Assembly: GCA_012295275.1 (NCBI GenBank)
Contig: CM022674.1
Coordinates: 11,532,001-11,596,000 of the forward strand
Direction of reading: 5' to 3'
Source of the DNA: Chrysomallon squamiferum
Taxonomy: Eukaryota > Animalia > Mollusca
Length of the DNA: 64,000 nt
The notes beneath the pieces were generated by a model, which saw only the letters and a program-made list of their open reading frames with translations, was not told the DNA's origin and searched no databases. Positions 24,471 through 36,421 of the stretch are shown here, in pieces. How positions within the stretch are numbered: position 1 is the first letter of the stretch; every line of letters begins with the position of its first letter. A program made the translations under genes and the position numbers.

Positions 24471-26660
24471 TTTAAATAACAATAATCATTTATTATTTTT
24501 AATACAAGTTGAGAAAATTATGAATATATACATGTATATATGTGAAATCATTCAGAAATAATAATAAATGTTTTGGAAAAAAAAGAAAGAATAAAGGAAA
24601 AATGAAAACAGAAACAAACGAATTAAACCAAATGCCCCAATATCCAATTATCATCTAATCATCACTGATAAATTAGAAAATGATTGTAAATCTCATATAC
24701 ACCCAAGATTTAATTAATGGGTTCTCAAGAAAAATAAAACAAAGACTAGAAATCGATATAAAATTTATAATAGTACAACTGATAGTGTAGTGATGGAAAT
24801 TAACGTAAATCATTATCTTGTTTATGAGTTAGCATATTAAGTAATTAATTAACATGTAAACATACTAAGGAAGATATGTACACACTTTTTGACATAAAAT
24901 GTCAAATTGTGTAGTTCTATTTTTAATGTTTTCCAATAAAGTTATTTATCAAATATATAAGCTTACTACTGGTTTAATAATTACTGTTTAGTCTAAATGA
25001 TGACTGTTAATAAAATTTATTTCATTATTTGTTATTTTATGTTTTACTTCTGTAGCACTAGTAAATTTAAAGTGTTGAATGTAACACTATCTCATATGTG
25101 TTATACAGAGATATGCAGCAGAATTATTTTCACTTCAGAATACTAGTACACCCGCAATTGTGTACCATAATATAAGATAAGCCATAAATCAGCAGACTGC
25201 TGTTTGGTACAAGTACCATGTCAAATGTCACTGAAAAGGTGAAATGACACACTTTTTTGGTATGGTTTGAGTCAGTTTGACTGTCATGGTCTTTGATATA
25301 CCTGCAACCGTCCAAAGCAAATTGTGACAGCTGTAACAAACTGGTCATTATATTACACCTTTATTTAGAATTGGGCAACAAATCACTTTAGTAACAAACA
25401 TGTTAGCCCTGTTAATAACAGCTGGAGTGTCTACAGTATCCAGCAATAGTGTGAGCACCATCTAAAATCCACAGACATCTCAAATTTGACAGAAAATGCA
25501 GTGACACTTGAAATATCACATAATATACAGTTAATTGACACCATATTGAATAATGTCAAATACACAGTCACAATCCAGACTGTCAACATACTGTCAAACT
25601 GAAAATATTCAATACACTGATATCATGAGTGTTGCATAATACTGCCATCTTAAGTGACATAAATTCAATTACATCAGTTAAACAATGATATTCAATGTAT
25701 CAGAATGTTCTGATACACTAGTATTTTGTGATTAACCATCGAAAACGACATTTAATTTTAATTTTAATTTTTTTTTTTAAAGTCTTTCATCTCATTACAG
25801 ATAATACAATAACAATGCTTGTCACATAATAATGTGACATCTTCAGTATTATCTGGAATTTCTTTTCTTTTCTTCATCACAACAACATTGTCAAATCTGA
25901 CTGAAAAAGTAATACTCTGTTAATAAACACCTCATCATAAAAACAAAGAGTATCACTGTCATCTTAAGTGTCTGCCACAAAACACCATATTCTACCAAAA
26001 GTGACAGATACACAGTTTATAATCAAGATTTTATATATATATAATCACCATACTGGTGTATGCATAGCTAAAGGCTGGCAATCATGTGTACTATATTTTA
26101 TGAAATAAAGAATCACCAACTGATATTCATTAAATATACATCAAGTCTGGTGAAACTACTTATTCCATTTTTACTTAAAAACAAAATTGAAATATATCTT
26201 GTAGAATATATTCTTAGTTAACATTTATGTAAGCAATGACATTAAAGATAATTCTCTGGAAATACATACTAATGTAACATATAAATATGTATCTTTTAGT
26301 GACCCCCTACAAGTTGAATTTGGTTTTAAGTTTCTTTTGGGAGAAACCAAATTACATAATATCATACACTGATACAATTCCCTTCTCAGAAAACTATGTT
26401 AAAACAAAAGGAAAAGTAATGCAAAAATATACATAGTAAACAAAATATTTCAGTATTGCTCACAAGTCAGTATACATTGTAATCCCTAATATACATAAAC
26501 TGTTCTATGTATACATAAATAATAAATATTGGTAACTTTTAGTTATCTTTCTTTTCAAAAGTCAAAAGTAATTAAAAATGTCTTTTGTGATATTAACTGT
26601 TTACAAAACACAGCAAAACACAATATATATATATATATATATATGGACCTGAACTTTTAA

Positions 26661-29600
26661 TTACTGAATTACACACGGGGATGCCCTAGCACCAGCAGCT
26701 GGCTGCGCTGAGCTTTGAGACTTTGTCATTGAAGAACCTGTATATGGATTAGGAGGAATTCTCCTTGGTAACTGAGTTGATGTGGCAACAGTTTGATCAG
26801 AACCAGCATGACTAACTGACACTGTACTACCAGCATGACTAACTGACACTGTACTACCAGCATGACTAACACTAGGTGTTGGTAGCATAGAGGTTGGAGA
26901 CTTTGTCATTGAAGAACCTGTATAGGGATTAGGAAATCTGCTTGGTAACTGAAGTGATGTGGGAACAGTTTGATTAGTACCAGCATGACTAACACCAGGT
27001 GTTGGTAGCATAGAGGTTGGAGACTGTGTCATTGAAGAACCTGTATAGGGATTAGGAAATCTGCTTGGTAGCTGAGTTGATGTGGGAACAGTTTGATTAG
27101 TACCACCAGCATGACTAACTGATCTTGGAGTACCAGCATGACTAACTGAACTTGAAGTAACAGCATACTCAATTAGATATTCTGGGTAACTCTGGGCTAT
27201 GTCGAAGATGACATAAATTGATGGACTTCTAGTGTCATTGACACATGAGTCATAAAGATGATGACCTCTACGGGCAGGAGGTCGACGGTATTTAGAGTCA
27301 CCTTTGGTGTAGTGACCTACAAGGACTTTTGAAAGAAACATAAATCTCTCTGGACCACTGGTGTAGCTATGACTGTATTTGGCATCACGTGCAAAATATG
27401 CCCCATCTCCATAAACTGTTCCATTTTACCACTGAGGCGAAAGTCAATGTTGTTATGACAGATACCACGGATGATTTCTTTTTTGCTATCAGTTCCATGG
27501 AAAAGGTGTTTTTCATTAACTGTGCCTGTGCTATCTTCCTGCTGCAGTTTCATCACCATTGTTTTCTTCATACTAAAATTTAGAAGAAAATAAGTATATT
27601 GATTTATTTTCTTTATATTGCAATAAATTGCAAATTATAAATGACTAGCCCTAGTAGTATAGAGATTAAGACATCCTCACAATTAGCAGATACTGAGGTT
27701 ACATCCCATAGCTAATTGGAAATCTTTGAAACCGCTATTACTCTCTTCTCTTTAAATCCTCACTAACACTATTTTAGGTAAACAAAATGCAGTCTATTTC
27801 TTAAGATTGTTACTCTACCATAATTTGTACACTTGTTCATTTGTTGTTCTTTTTTCTACAACTATTAACATTTCAGGTTTGATAACATTACCCTTACACT
27901 TTTTTTTGGGTTTAAATTTTTATCATAACATATTACTGTTAACAAAGGAAACATCAATTTGGATGTATACAAAACGTGTAGAACAGGATAAAAGTATGTG
28001 TTCCAGGTGATTTCTAGAGACCAACCTGCAGTACTTTTCCCACAGTACTGGATTCTGTATACGAAATAGTGATATGATTTCCACACTTGATTGATCCATT
28101 GTAGAAAAAAATAAATTGTGGATCATGTCAGCTTCTTCTGAACATCCCTGTTTTAATTTCACAAGTTCTACTGTTTGATAACAGTCTAGGGGTGCCCAGC
28201 CATCTGGTGAAGCCACTGACAACATAGGTTTCTGTGTTGGCAGATTAGGATGGGATCTATAAATAAAATCTATATCTTTAAGCAAATGCAAGAGTAATAA
28301 TTAAGTTTGTTAAGAAGGAATGAAGGTATTGTTAGAAAATCAACATACAGCTTGAAAATTCAGTATAATAAAAATATTACGGCTTTCAGCAATTAACAGA
28401 ATGCAGTCTAAATCTGAGTTAGGTCATTTGTAATAACTGGAGCAGATGCATGATGGGACATCAGATTGATCACCAATAGTGCACACTTTGTGACATTTCT
28501 CATTTTAGCTAATGCTCCACAACTGGTGTAACAAAGTCTGTCTCTCTCATTATTCTCTCATTGTCTCAGTGTGGCTGCAATGGTTTTCCCTCTCTAACCT
28601 TTAATCTCTGCTGCCATGTAACTGAAAATAAAATGTCATGAGTGTATTGTTAAAATAGTTAATTAAAAGGTAACTGACTGACAGTGTTCACTTTTGTTTT
28701 GGAAAGCCAGTAATATTAATTATAATATTCACAGCTGATGTGCTCACTGCAGCTTTTTTCTGACAGAAATATTTCTACAATGACTCACGCTTTTCTGCAC
28801 TGTCTGACATCATCTGAAGAAACAAATATGGGTCTTCTCAGAATTGGTCTTGTCTTCTTTGTTTCTAAATTTGTCTGTATCATTTCTTCAAAGTTTATCT
28901 CATACTGAAAACGCTCGCGCTCTAAGAAATATGTTTCTTGCTCATTTTGGTACTTCATTTCCAGGGTGTACTGTAAATTTGCCTTTGAAAAAAAAAACAA
29001 GAAGAAAAGGAAAAAATAAAATAAAATGAAAGATGATAAACAATTAATGAAGATGTACACATACATACATTAAAGCTATATTATTATTATTCAGTTCATC
29101 ATTCAGTATATAAACTAACAATTTTGTCTTATGCTAAGAACATTTTTATGCTTATTCTGTTTCCAGAGTGTACTGTAAATTTGTCTTGGAAAATAAGAAA
29201 AGATTTAAGATGAAAAAGAATTAAAACAATTATACACATAATTATATATTATACACTGTCATGACTGTGATACATTCATTATTGAATGTGTAAACATGCA
29301 ATTTTGTCTTATGTTTTTCCAATGTAGATTTTGCTTCAGTAACAAAAATAATAAATAAATTTATTAATTAAAAGCAAACAACTTCATAATCATGTCACTG
29401 AGAACAAAACCTCACAGTTGTTCTAACTGTGATACACATAATGTGGCTTTGATCTGTGCATTGGCCATACTATTTCATTACTTACTGGTTCATATGGTAA
29501 CCAGTTTGTTCTATCATCTTGGAAATACCAACACCACTGTGTTAATTCAGCCATATTCTCGCCAGTTCCAGTGACATAGGAAGGAGTTGATAGTCGCTGA

Positions 29601-32600
29601 ACTTCTGTCAATTCTCCAAATGTTTCTTCATTTGTGTGTTTGAAGTAAATTGTAGCAGTCATTGTCTCGTATGTGATTAATGCCATAGAGATCTCAGATA
29701 CCTTTCAAAAAGAGAAATATATAAATAACTGGAATCACAATAACCATATATACAAAAAGGAGGTCTACTAAAAATATAAATAAATAAACAAAAATATAAC
29801 AGATGAAATTCAAAAAGAAAATTTAGAATAAACTGAAAGTGCAGAACAAAATTATATATATATAAAAATGTGTCACATTCTTACAAAATAAATTGCTTGT
29901 CACAAAAATTAAAAAATGAGGTATTATTGCCACTTGAATGAGCAGCATTTCTAATTTTTTAATGATTAATCATAACAGAAGATATTCCAATTCTAATGGG
30001 AGCTAGAGTGATAAACACATTGGAGGTACAAAGCATAAAACAGCAGAAGTAAAAATTATAACTTTTTCTTCTAAGCAATAATAATAATAAAAAAATATAT
30101 TTTAATTAATTGACACATTTTTACTTGTTTTTTTCTTCACAGCCTTGCTTATATGGTTTAAGAGATAAGGAAGATCAACTAACCCTGCCCCAGTGCTGTA
30201 ACAGGTGTATACAAAATTATGCAAACAGATAGCATGCAATACTGCCATTTCTGCATGTTTTCAAGCCAGTTTAGCAAATGAAATTCCACCTGTTTATAGA
30301 AATCATTTAAAAATGCAGGAAAAAATATTATTTAGTCAATATCAACAGTGGTAATTGATAAAAGGACAGCTAAAGTATTGTTTAAAGGGAAAATCAAAAT
30401 TGATTTAATAAAAAACAGCATGAATTCTGACTCAATTTGTATGAATGTGACATATATAGTATTTAGAAATAAACAGATAACTGACCTCAACATCACTTAT
30501 TTTTCTATCCCGGTCACAAAATGATCTTTCAATCTTTTCATTTTCCATTTCATCAAAGGAAAGCCATCTTTCTTGCATCTTTATCAGCCACAGGTATGGC
30601 AAACGATTAGGTCCATGGTAGTGTGAAGTTTTAGAACATTGACTCCAGATGTATTTCTCACAGAGATCATTGCATTCCCCATCACTGTCCTCTGATAGCT
30701 GGGATATTTCAAGAGACTTCTCTTCCTTATCACTGTCATGTGACAGCTGGGATATTCGAACAGGCTTCTCTTCCTTATCACTGTCATCTGACAGCTGGGA
30801 TATTCCAATAGGCTCGTCTTCCACATCACTGTCATCTGTTTCCTGAGATATTTCACCAGAAGCGACGGCATCAGAAGGCAGAGACTTTATGCGGGGTTTA
30901 GGGACTGGACGGTCTATGACTTTAGCCTCAGTAGCTTGTTCACAGTGTCCTTCATCATGACTGTCACCTGTTTGTGCTGGCCTTTTATTATCATTCTTCA
31001 TCTTTTTATTTTCTTTTACTTGCTTGTAATTCAGTTCTCTGGTCAGAAGCATGTTAGTGAGAACAGATTTTTGATAATGACACATATGAAACATTGTAAG
31101 CACCCACTGGTTGTGTTCAGACGATTTGATGTCATGTTCTAAGCCACACATCTTATTGCAGTCCACTTTTCTACAGACATGAATGAGTGGACAATATTTA
31201 TCATGTTTGATACCATTCTGATATTCTTCACACCATTCAGGAATGCTGCATCTCACAACTTTAGCAATGTCCTTATTTTTCAAACATCCCAAACCTATCT
31301 CCTGAATGCGATTCTTATTTCTCTTCTCAAAAAAATTATGTGAAAGGCAACTACTGTATTTACAGCCACCGGTTACAAAATGCATGCAGATGTGAAGATA
31401 TTTGCAGTCATCTTTAAGGCAGTTATTTTTGTTGTAAGAGTGGCAAAGTCGTGCATTTTGTGAATAAACTGAAACAAATTTAATTTCATCATCTTGTTTG
31501 AAAAGCAAAAAATGGTTTCTGTGTCTTTTATACCATGAAATTCCTTTGGCTTCTTGAGGAAGAGTGTCTTCATTCATCAGCTTAGAAAAGTAAGTACGAC
31601 CATTAAACTTTTGAAGAAGAATGTTAAACACTTTCTTTACATTTTCTTCCGCATCTACCAGTCTTTCTGGTTGTTGTTTCTCTCCTGTATGCGCATTAGC
31701 TTTGGATGCTTGTTGACTTTCCATGTTTCTTCTTTTAGAAGACTGATAGCTTTTCTGATCAGATTGTTCCTTATCATGATTTTCAATTATACATTCCTCA
31801 GGCATTTCTGCAAAAGACAAGGTTTTAAGACTAGCTAACAAATCTATCACTTGGTTCTCGTTTGAAGTAACAGTTTCATCTCCTGTGTTGACAGCAGATT
31901 TCTCACCCTGTTCTTTCTCTTTATATTTTGGAAGTTTCTTGGGTTTATCTTTGGCATTGATTTTTGTGTGACTACTGGAAGCTTTCTCAGTTACATCATA
32001 TCTGACAACATTTCCATCGTCTTCAATAATTATTTCACTATTTTCTAAACCAGCTCTATTCTCTTGAGTTCCAGTTCTGGATCCCGGTCCACGTCTGCCT
32101 CTTCTCCCACCCCTACGTAAATTAGGCGTGCCTCTGTCTCTTTTAGTTTTCAATCTTTCTGTATCTTCCACATCATCACTTCTGTTATCATCTGAATTTA
32201 AAGAGCAGAGACTTGTTAATGATGTTGCTCTCTCTTTTAAACCTCTGTCAACTCCTTGCTTATTATGCCATCTACCTCTACTTCTACCACCTCTTTTTCC
32301 TCTGCCTCTTCTGTCATAGTGTCCAGATCCTCTGCTTTGGTGAGCAGATCTTCCTCTACTTTCTACAGTTGCCTCTATATCATCTAAATTGCCCCCAGTT
32401 TGATTGTTGTTGATAACACCTACAGGTCTTCTGAATCTGCTATCATTTCTTTCCTCTTCTGCATGGGCAGGTCTTTCCCTACTGCTAACATTTTCTTGGC
32501 TCAAATGTTCTACTGTGTAAGGTGAAAAGTTCAGTTGTGGGCTCTGTAGAAAGGCGATACCAAATACATTTGATGTGGGATTTGCAATGGGAGTTGCTGT

Positions 32601-32650
32601 TGTTGGAAACCCCGAATTTTGTCATCATTTCTTTGTTGTTTGTATGCCAT
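26661..32650 (-). CDS. PARP12/ZAP(PARP13)-like CCCH-WWE-PARP protein, about 1239 aa if two 1-nt frameshifts are corrected (may be an assembly error or a disabled allele)
   Basis: Exons 30486-32650(ATG; acceptor at 32662), 29486-29701, 28789-28982, 28026-28256, 26661-27572. CCCH fingers (CHSYNKNNCLKDDCKYLH, CMHFVTGGCKYSSCLSH, two further degenerate ones), WWE1 LPYLW..W..IE, WWE2 WCWYFQDDRTNWLPY..INFEEMIQTNLETKKTRPILRRP. PARP motifs RIQNPVLWEKY, NEKHLFHGT, YGDGAYFARDAKYS, YDSCVN, IYVIFD..QSYPEYLIEY. Confidence 0.88.
26715..27150 (-). repeat. Coding tandem repeats in the PARP C-terminal tail (41-aa unit x3 plus 9-aa VSHAG units)
   Basis: VSHAG(G)TNQTVPTSxQLPSRFPNPYTGSSMTxSPTSMLPTP repeats, interleaved with SVSHAGSTV copies. 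Confidence 0.9.
30680..30858 (-). repeat. Coding 48-bp (16-aa) acidic repeat, 3 full copies plus one degenerate
   Basis: ISQETDDSDVEDEP / ISQLSDDSDKEEKP / ISQLSHDSDKEEKS / ISQLSEDSDGE. Confidence 0.85.
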
Positions 32651-35600
32651 CTTTTACTAACCTGTAAATGTGATATTTCAATGTTTTCATTATAATTTAT
32701 TTTAAAGATTGAAACAGCATAGCATGCATGCATTTATACTTTATGTGTGTATTTATAATCCCTTGTTTTTTTTTACTATATATATAATACTTTTTTATTT
32801 CTTTTGATGGCAGAGCCTCAGATATATGCTGAACAAATTATTTTAGTTTGATAAATATGATTCCAGTGGAAATCCATGGCAACAGTTCTGAGTTCAAGCA
32901 AAATATTGTCATTAATTCATTGTATTGAAACTTGAAATAATAATTTTTATAAAGTATACATAATGAATCATGCTTTGTATGTGTGTGTGTGTGTGTCTAA
33001 TTATATTTTTGTTACTAATTATAATGATTAATGTTCATTTATCACAAATTATTTGATTTTATCAGACCATCTGTATTCTTAATTATTTACCTCTGACTAC
33101 AACTGAAATTGTTTTGCACCTTCTTGTGCTCTTTTAGTATTTTAATGTTGTAATTATGTACAATATTACATTATTGTTCACTGTAATAAACTAAAACAAA
33201 TCGTTTCATGCTTTGTTACCTTACAGAGGTAACGTTTCTAGATATTTTCAACAATATCATTTTTCTATAAAATTATCACTACCGTATGTCTGTGGTATGG
33301 CATATCAATTATCATGTAAAAAAACCACCAATACTCATTATACTGTGATGAAGCTGAACTTATAAAAATAATCACGAAACAGAAACCAGAATGTTAGAAC
33401 TCCTTCAAGTACAAGGTAAGCCAAAAAAAAAAAAAAAAAAAAAAAAAAGAAAAGGATAAACAAAATAACAAACCTCGGCGCAGATATTATCATTTATGAT
33501 TGATAATGATAGCTACACATTTACACCATCATAGTGATAAAGTGAATTCTTTTGTTAATTTTTTTTTTTTTTTTTACTGCAGAAATAACTGCAATTATAT
33601 CAACTTACCCAAAAGTGCAAAAACAAAATAAAGAGACAGAAATAAAAATCAAGCAAGGATTGGATTGATATAAAGGCAGCAAACAATTACATCCGCTGTG
33701 AAATCCGCGAACGATAACTCCAGCTAACAGTTTATCGCATGTCAGTTCTTTCAGATAAATAGTTGGGCAGTTTCAATAACAGTTTATACTTCTAAGATAT
33801 AAAACATATTCACTTTTATTATAAAATAAAGCATACATGTTTCAGAACGATAGCAAAAATAAAATTTCATATATATATAATGCAATTTATTTTAGAAATA
33901 TGGTGTTTGTTACATATCATTCCGCATCGGACATATTGTTCGTTAGCTCAGTAGCTGCATTTGAGGAAAGTCAAATTTATAATATCTGTTTACTTTATTC
34001 TGAAATATTAATCACCATTTCTAATTTTGTTTACTTCTTTGATAATGAGCAAATTTATCTTATTTACAGATTCCCGTCTTTCCTTTTCCAAGACTGGTTG
34101 TTAAAAGGAAATGGCAGCAGAACTCTTTTAACAATAAAAATCGAGATAAAAAGAATCAAAGTCTTTCATGTAAGTATAAAGTTATTCCTGTTTGAAATAG
34201 AGTAAAATAGCCTTATATCTGGCTACTGAAAATATATTTAACAACACAGGTCTTAACTATTAGGGATGGATGTATCAATGGACTTTATAAACCATTTCGT
34301 TCTGACGTACAGACAGAACTAAATGCAGCCGATGACATAAATAACTATATCCATAATAAAAGTATATTTTGAAAATGCAGAGACCTGCGTTATGAAACTC
34401 AGTTTAAGGGCAGTAGGGGTTTTACTAAAGGTGTTATTGTAAATAATCATTGGCAACATTGACATTCCTTTTTCAGACAGAACTAAATGCTGTGACATAA
34501 ATCTCTATATGTGGTCTACGCCTACTTGGTTATAACACATTTATGCTGGAACTGAAATTGAAAAACAATAGCAAATACTTGATCATACAGTTATATCTAA
34601 TGACAACTTGTTCCGTTAACCAACCGATAACTCTTTGACGTAAAGGTTCTAAAAGTTCGCTGGAAATGTTCGCTGGTTTCACTTTAGCTTTCTTTATCTT
34701 ATTTGAACGTGGGCATATTTCTTGGAAAAGAGCACAGATCAATTCTAACAAACAGACTGTTTTCAGTCGCGCGGTTGCTGGGAAATTCTGGCTCATTCAA
34801 TTACCGACGAATACCGATAACAACCGTCAAACACCACCAACGAGCATCGATCAACAAAATCAGAATTAACTGAATGAACTGTAGAAGTGTCCTAAAATAA
34901 TTAATATATAGCTTTGGCAGTTATCAGTTATTGTTCATTTTTAAAATGAAATGAAAATTAGAAATCCGGTCATACTTTCCTGTTATTTTAAAATTTATTT
35001 ATTTGTTAATTTATAATCAGATATTTTAGCCTTTTTTCTCGATTCTGGATTTTATTTTTCGTATTTCCGAATTCTATTGCCTTTTTTATTTATTTATTTA
35101 TTTATTTATTTTCTGTCGGTAATTGTGAATTTGTTATCGTATTGCAGCGAATTTCTTCTCTATAATTATTTCTGATTCGTATTTGTTATCGATAATTACG
35201 AATTTCATTTTGTTTCCAATAATTAATTTATTTGCATATTTTTTAATTTGTTGTCAGTTATTCTGAATTTGCTGTGTTTAATTATGAATTTATTCTCTAT
35301 ATTTACTTTTGAGGTAATTATTAATTTGTTGTAGGGAATAAACAGGGATTATTTGTAATATCAAACAATTCCATTTAATGCTAGGAAAATATAGCTAGTT
35401 GTGTGATTAGCGTAGATTCGAAGTAGCAACTGAAGCTGAAGCTAGGGGTATACCAAAGGATATTTTAAATAGTGGGGCAGGTGACAATCTAATTTATTGC
35501 TGTCATATTTAATTAGTTAAATTGCTGATTGCAGGAAGCATGAACTGTGGTTAGTTGGATTTTCAGTTGTTCACTGGGCAGGAATCCAGCACAGGCCAAA

Positions 35601-35679
35601 AAACTACAACACCAACAACAACAACAACAAAATAAATAGTTTTTTTTTATAATACAAAGAAATAAAAAAGACATTTAAC

Positions 35680-35958
35680 ATTCATTCATTCAGTTCATAC
35701 TTTCATTCACTGATTCTAAAAGAGTCTGAAATCCTGTGGAATTTATTTTTTTTAATTTTATTTTTTTCTAGCTGCACCCAGCAGTTGTGAAGCTGTTTCA
35801 CTTTGCAGACGTCGCAGAACTGACCTTTGACACCAGTGACATGCCCATGATTGTTCCTCAAGTACCCTGGGTTTCCAAAAATCATGGAGGTTTCCTTCTT
35901 GGTTCAGGTATTGTGTCATTTTACGTTTGATAAGATAAAATATTATTAATGTTGTTGT
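35680..35958 (+). pseudogene. Duplicated fragment of POLRMT (exon 2032-2167 plus flanking intron)
   Basis: 35772-35907 aligns without gaps to 2032-2167 with 7 substitutions. Intron flanks also match on both sides. No neighbouring POLRMT exons were seen nearby. Confidence 0.93.
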
Positions 35959-36020
35959 CGTTGTTATTAAAATTTTATTATTATTTATTGTTGTTATTGT
36001 ATTTGTTGTTGTTGTTGTTG

Positions 36021-36084
<64 letters not shown>

Positions 36085-36379
36085 TCTTTTTGTTATTAAT
36101 TCTGTTTTTAACATATTGATGCAACAATTTCAGAATGTATTAATACTTGACAGTATTTTCATATACATATAGTAAAAGAAACGTAGAAGATTTGGAATGT
36201 GGTATAATTTAAATTTCATACTATTTTTACGAAATACAAAAATATTATTATCATTATTTTTATAATTATTATTATAATCATCATTATCATTATATCATCA
36301 TCATCACCATTATTATTTATTATTATTATTATTATGTAATCATTATTACTGTTATTATTCTTATTTTTTGCAATGTTTC

Positions 36380-36421
<42 letters not shown>

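Noticed and set aside
33837-34869. ORFs of 67-122 aa upstream of the PARP gene
   Set aside because: No motifs or supporting splice structure; likely chance ORFs in promoter or UTR DNA.
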